Positions 62,609 to 64,000 of a DNA stretch of 64,000 nt are shown piece by piece. The notes below the pieces were generated by a model that was given only the letters and a program-made list of their open reading frames with translations, had not been told where the DNA came from and searched no databases. Every line of letters starts with the position of its first letter. Within the stretch, counting starts at the first letter, position 1. Source of the stretch: Malacoraja senta (lineage: Eukaryota); assembly GCA_038087875.1 (NCBI GenBank), contig CM075996.1:8558001-8622000 (forward strand), given 5' to 3'. A program made the translations under genes and the position numbers.

Positions 62609-63238
62609 CTGAAAGATCACACGTCGATGACCACAGTGGTTGTGAAAAAGATCAGTGAAATTAAACAAGATCATAAGTGCTTCCAGTAATGGGAGAGGAC
62701 TTTTCAGCAGTGGGAGAGTCTAAGACAAAAAGGCACAGTTCCAGAATAAGAGGATGTACCTTTAGGCTGGAGATGAGGAGGAATTTCCTTAGGCAGAATC
62801 TGTGGAAATCATTGCCACAAATGGCTGTGGAGCCGTCTTTGGGTATTTTTAAAGCAGGGATTGATAGGATTAGTAAGGGCGTCAAAGGTTATGGGGAGAA
62901 GGCAGGAGAATGGGGTAGAGGGGGAAAATTGATAACCCACGACTGAATGGTGGAGTAGACTCGATGGGCCGAATGGTCTAATTCTTCCCCTATGTCTTAT
63001 TGTCTTAAGTAATTACAATTCCTCATGCTTATTTACCATTTTTACTAATTTCCTTAATATGTTTGCATATTTCTCCCCCCCACTGCCATTCTCTCACTAT
63101 TACCTGAGTTGGGGGCTGTGTTGTATTATTAATCACTTTCCCTTCCTCTGAGCTCTGCCACTTCTCCCCTGTATTCTTTGTAAACGTTCTATTTTTAATT
63201 TTTAATTGTGATTTTTCTTTAACCATGCGCCAATCTTT

Positions 63239-63674
63239 ACTTCTCCGTGGATTGTCACCTTGCCGTGGTGGAGAAGCTTATGTGGACCTGAGATCCTGAG
63301 AGCGATGCCGTCTGGAGCTATCCTCGTGGTAGGCCACCCATGGCGGTAAGGTCGAGGGGGAGGTCTCTGACAAAGAGTAATCCACCTAGACCTCAACGGT
63401 GGAACAGGCGGAGGATGATGGCTGACCTTAGTGGAGCGTCACAACGGCTGTGAAGGCGGATGAAGGCTGCAGCAGAAAAGTGTCTCCGGTCGTCTTGGAC
63501 TCCATGCCACTGGATCCTGACCCAGATCTGTCAAGGACCGTGATGGCTGTCTGTGCACCAGTCTCCCCACGTTAAACAAAGTCACGCACATATAGGGAAT
63601 GTCCTCCATATAGGGAATAGCACCCTGGAGACACCCATGGTCAGCCACGACCGAGGTGGGCCTGAGAAGAAGCT
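63239..63674 (+). mobile_element. RTE/BovB-like non-autonomous retroposon with a 5' HDV-like ribozyme fold and GAAGAAG tail
   Basis: TSD CCAATCTTT (63230-63238 and 63675-63683); the 5' motif ACC-TTGCCGT-GGT-GGAGAAG-C resembles RTE-clade 5' ends. Confidence 0.65.
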
Positions 63675-64000
63675 CCAATCTTTGCTGTGTCTGGATTGTA
63701 TAAACGCATGATTGTCTCTAACTTCTGTTTTATCGCAGACACTGGCACCATTGATGGTTAGACAATTAATTAATATTCAATAGGATTAAACATTATGATC
63801 AACTAGACTAGACTCCTAGTCTGTGTAGGAAGGAACTGCAGATGCAGGTTTAAACCGAAGATAGACACAAAAAGCTGGAGTAACTCAGCGGGACAGGTAG
63901 CACCTCTGGAGAGAAGGAATGGGTGACTTTCGGATCGAGACCCTTCTCTGAAGAAGTCGGAGGAGGATTCACTTCTACTTAGGCAGCACAAGGACCTAGT

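Noticed and set aside
61465..62658. Long repetitive ORFs (MAPRNRLGMGSWHPGTG...) and CRISPR-like periodicity
   Set aside because: A ~32-bp tandem minisatellite with no unique spacers, open in many frames on both strands; vertebrate intron, no cas genes.

Overview
This is vertebrate genomic DNA. The repeat families and gene content suggest a cartilaginous fish, probably a skate or ray (inference). There are two 200-N scaffold gaps (13791-13990, 55497-55696). Host genes reconstructed by hand: the last five coding exons of PICK1 (+); a broken SLC16A8/MCT3-like pseudogene (+); a complete six-exon C22orf23/EVG1 (UPF0193) gene (-, 221 aa) with an RFX X-box promoter; and four 3' bMERB-domain exons of MICALL1 (-) carrying 1-bp frameshifts that are probably assembly errors. 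Most of the rest is repeat: V-SINE/HE1-like SINEs, CR1, Rex1, L2 and L1/Tx1 LINE fragments, Penelope-like elements, PIF/Harbinger elements and MITEs, ISL2EU-like double-THAP elements, and mini/microsatellites. The most striking signal is a set of predicted self-cleaving RNAs. (i) A ~135-nt retroposon, in two copies, whose 5' end is exactly a 54-nt minimal CPEB3/HDV-like ribozyme; in one copy it abuts a perfect 12-bp target-site duplication. (ii) A ~435-nt RTE-type element headed by a larger HDV-like fold. (iii) About twenty Penelope-associated minimal hammerhead motifs. Most ORFs in the supplied track are spurious repeat or low-complexity translations.
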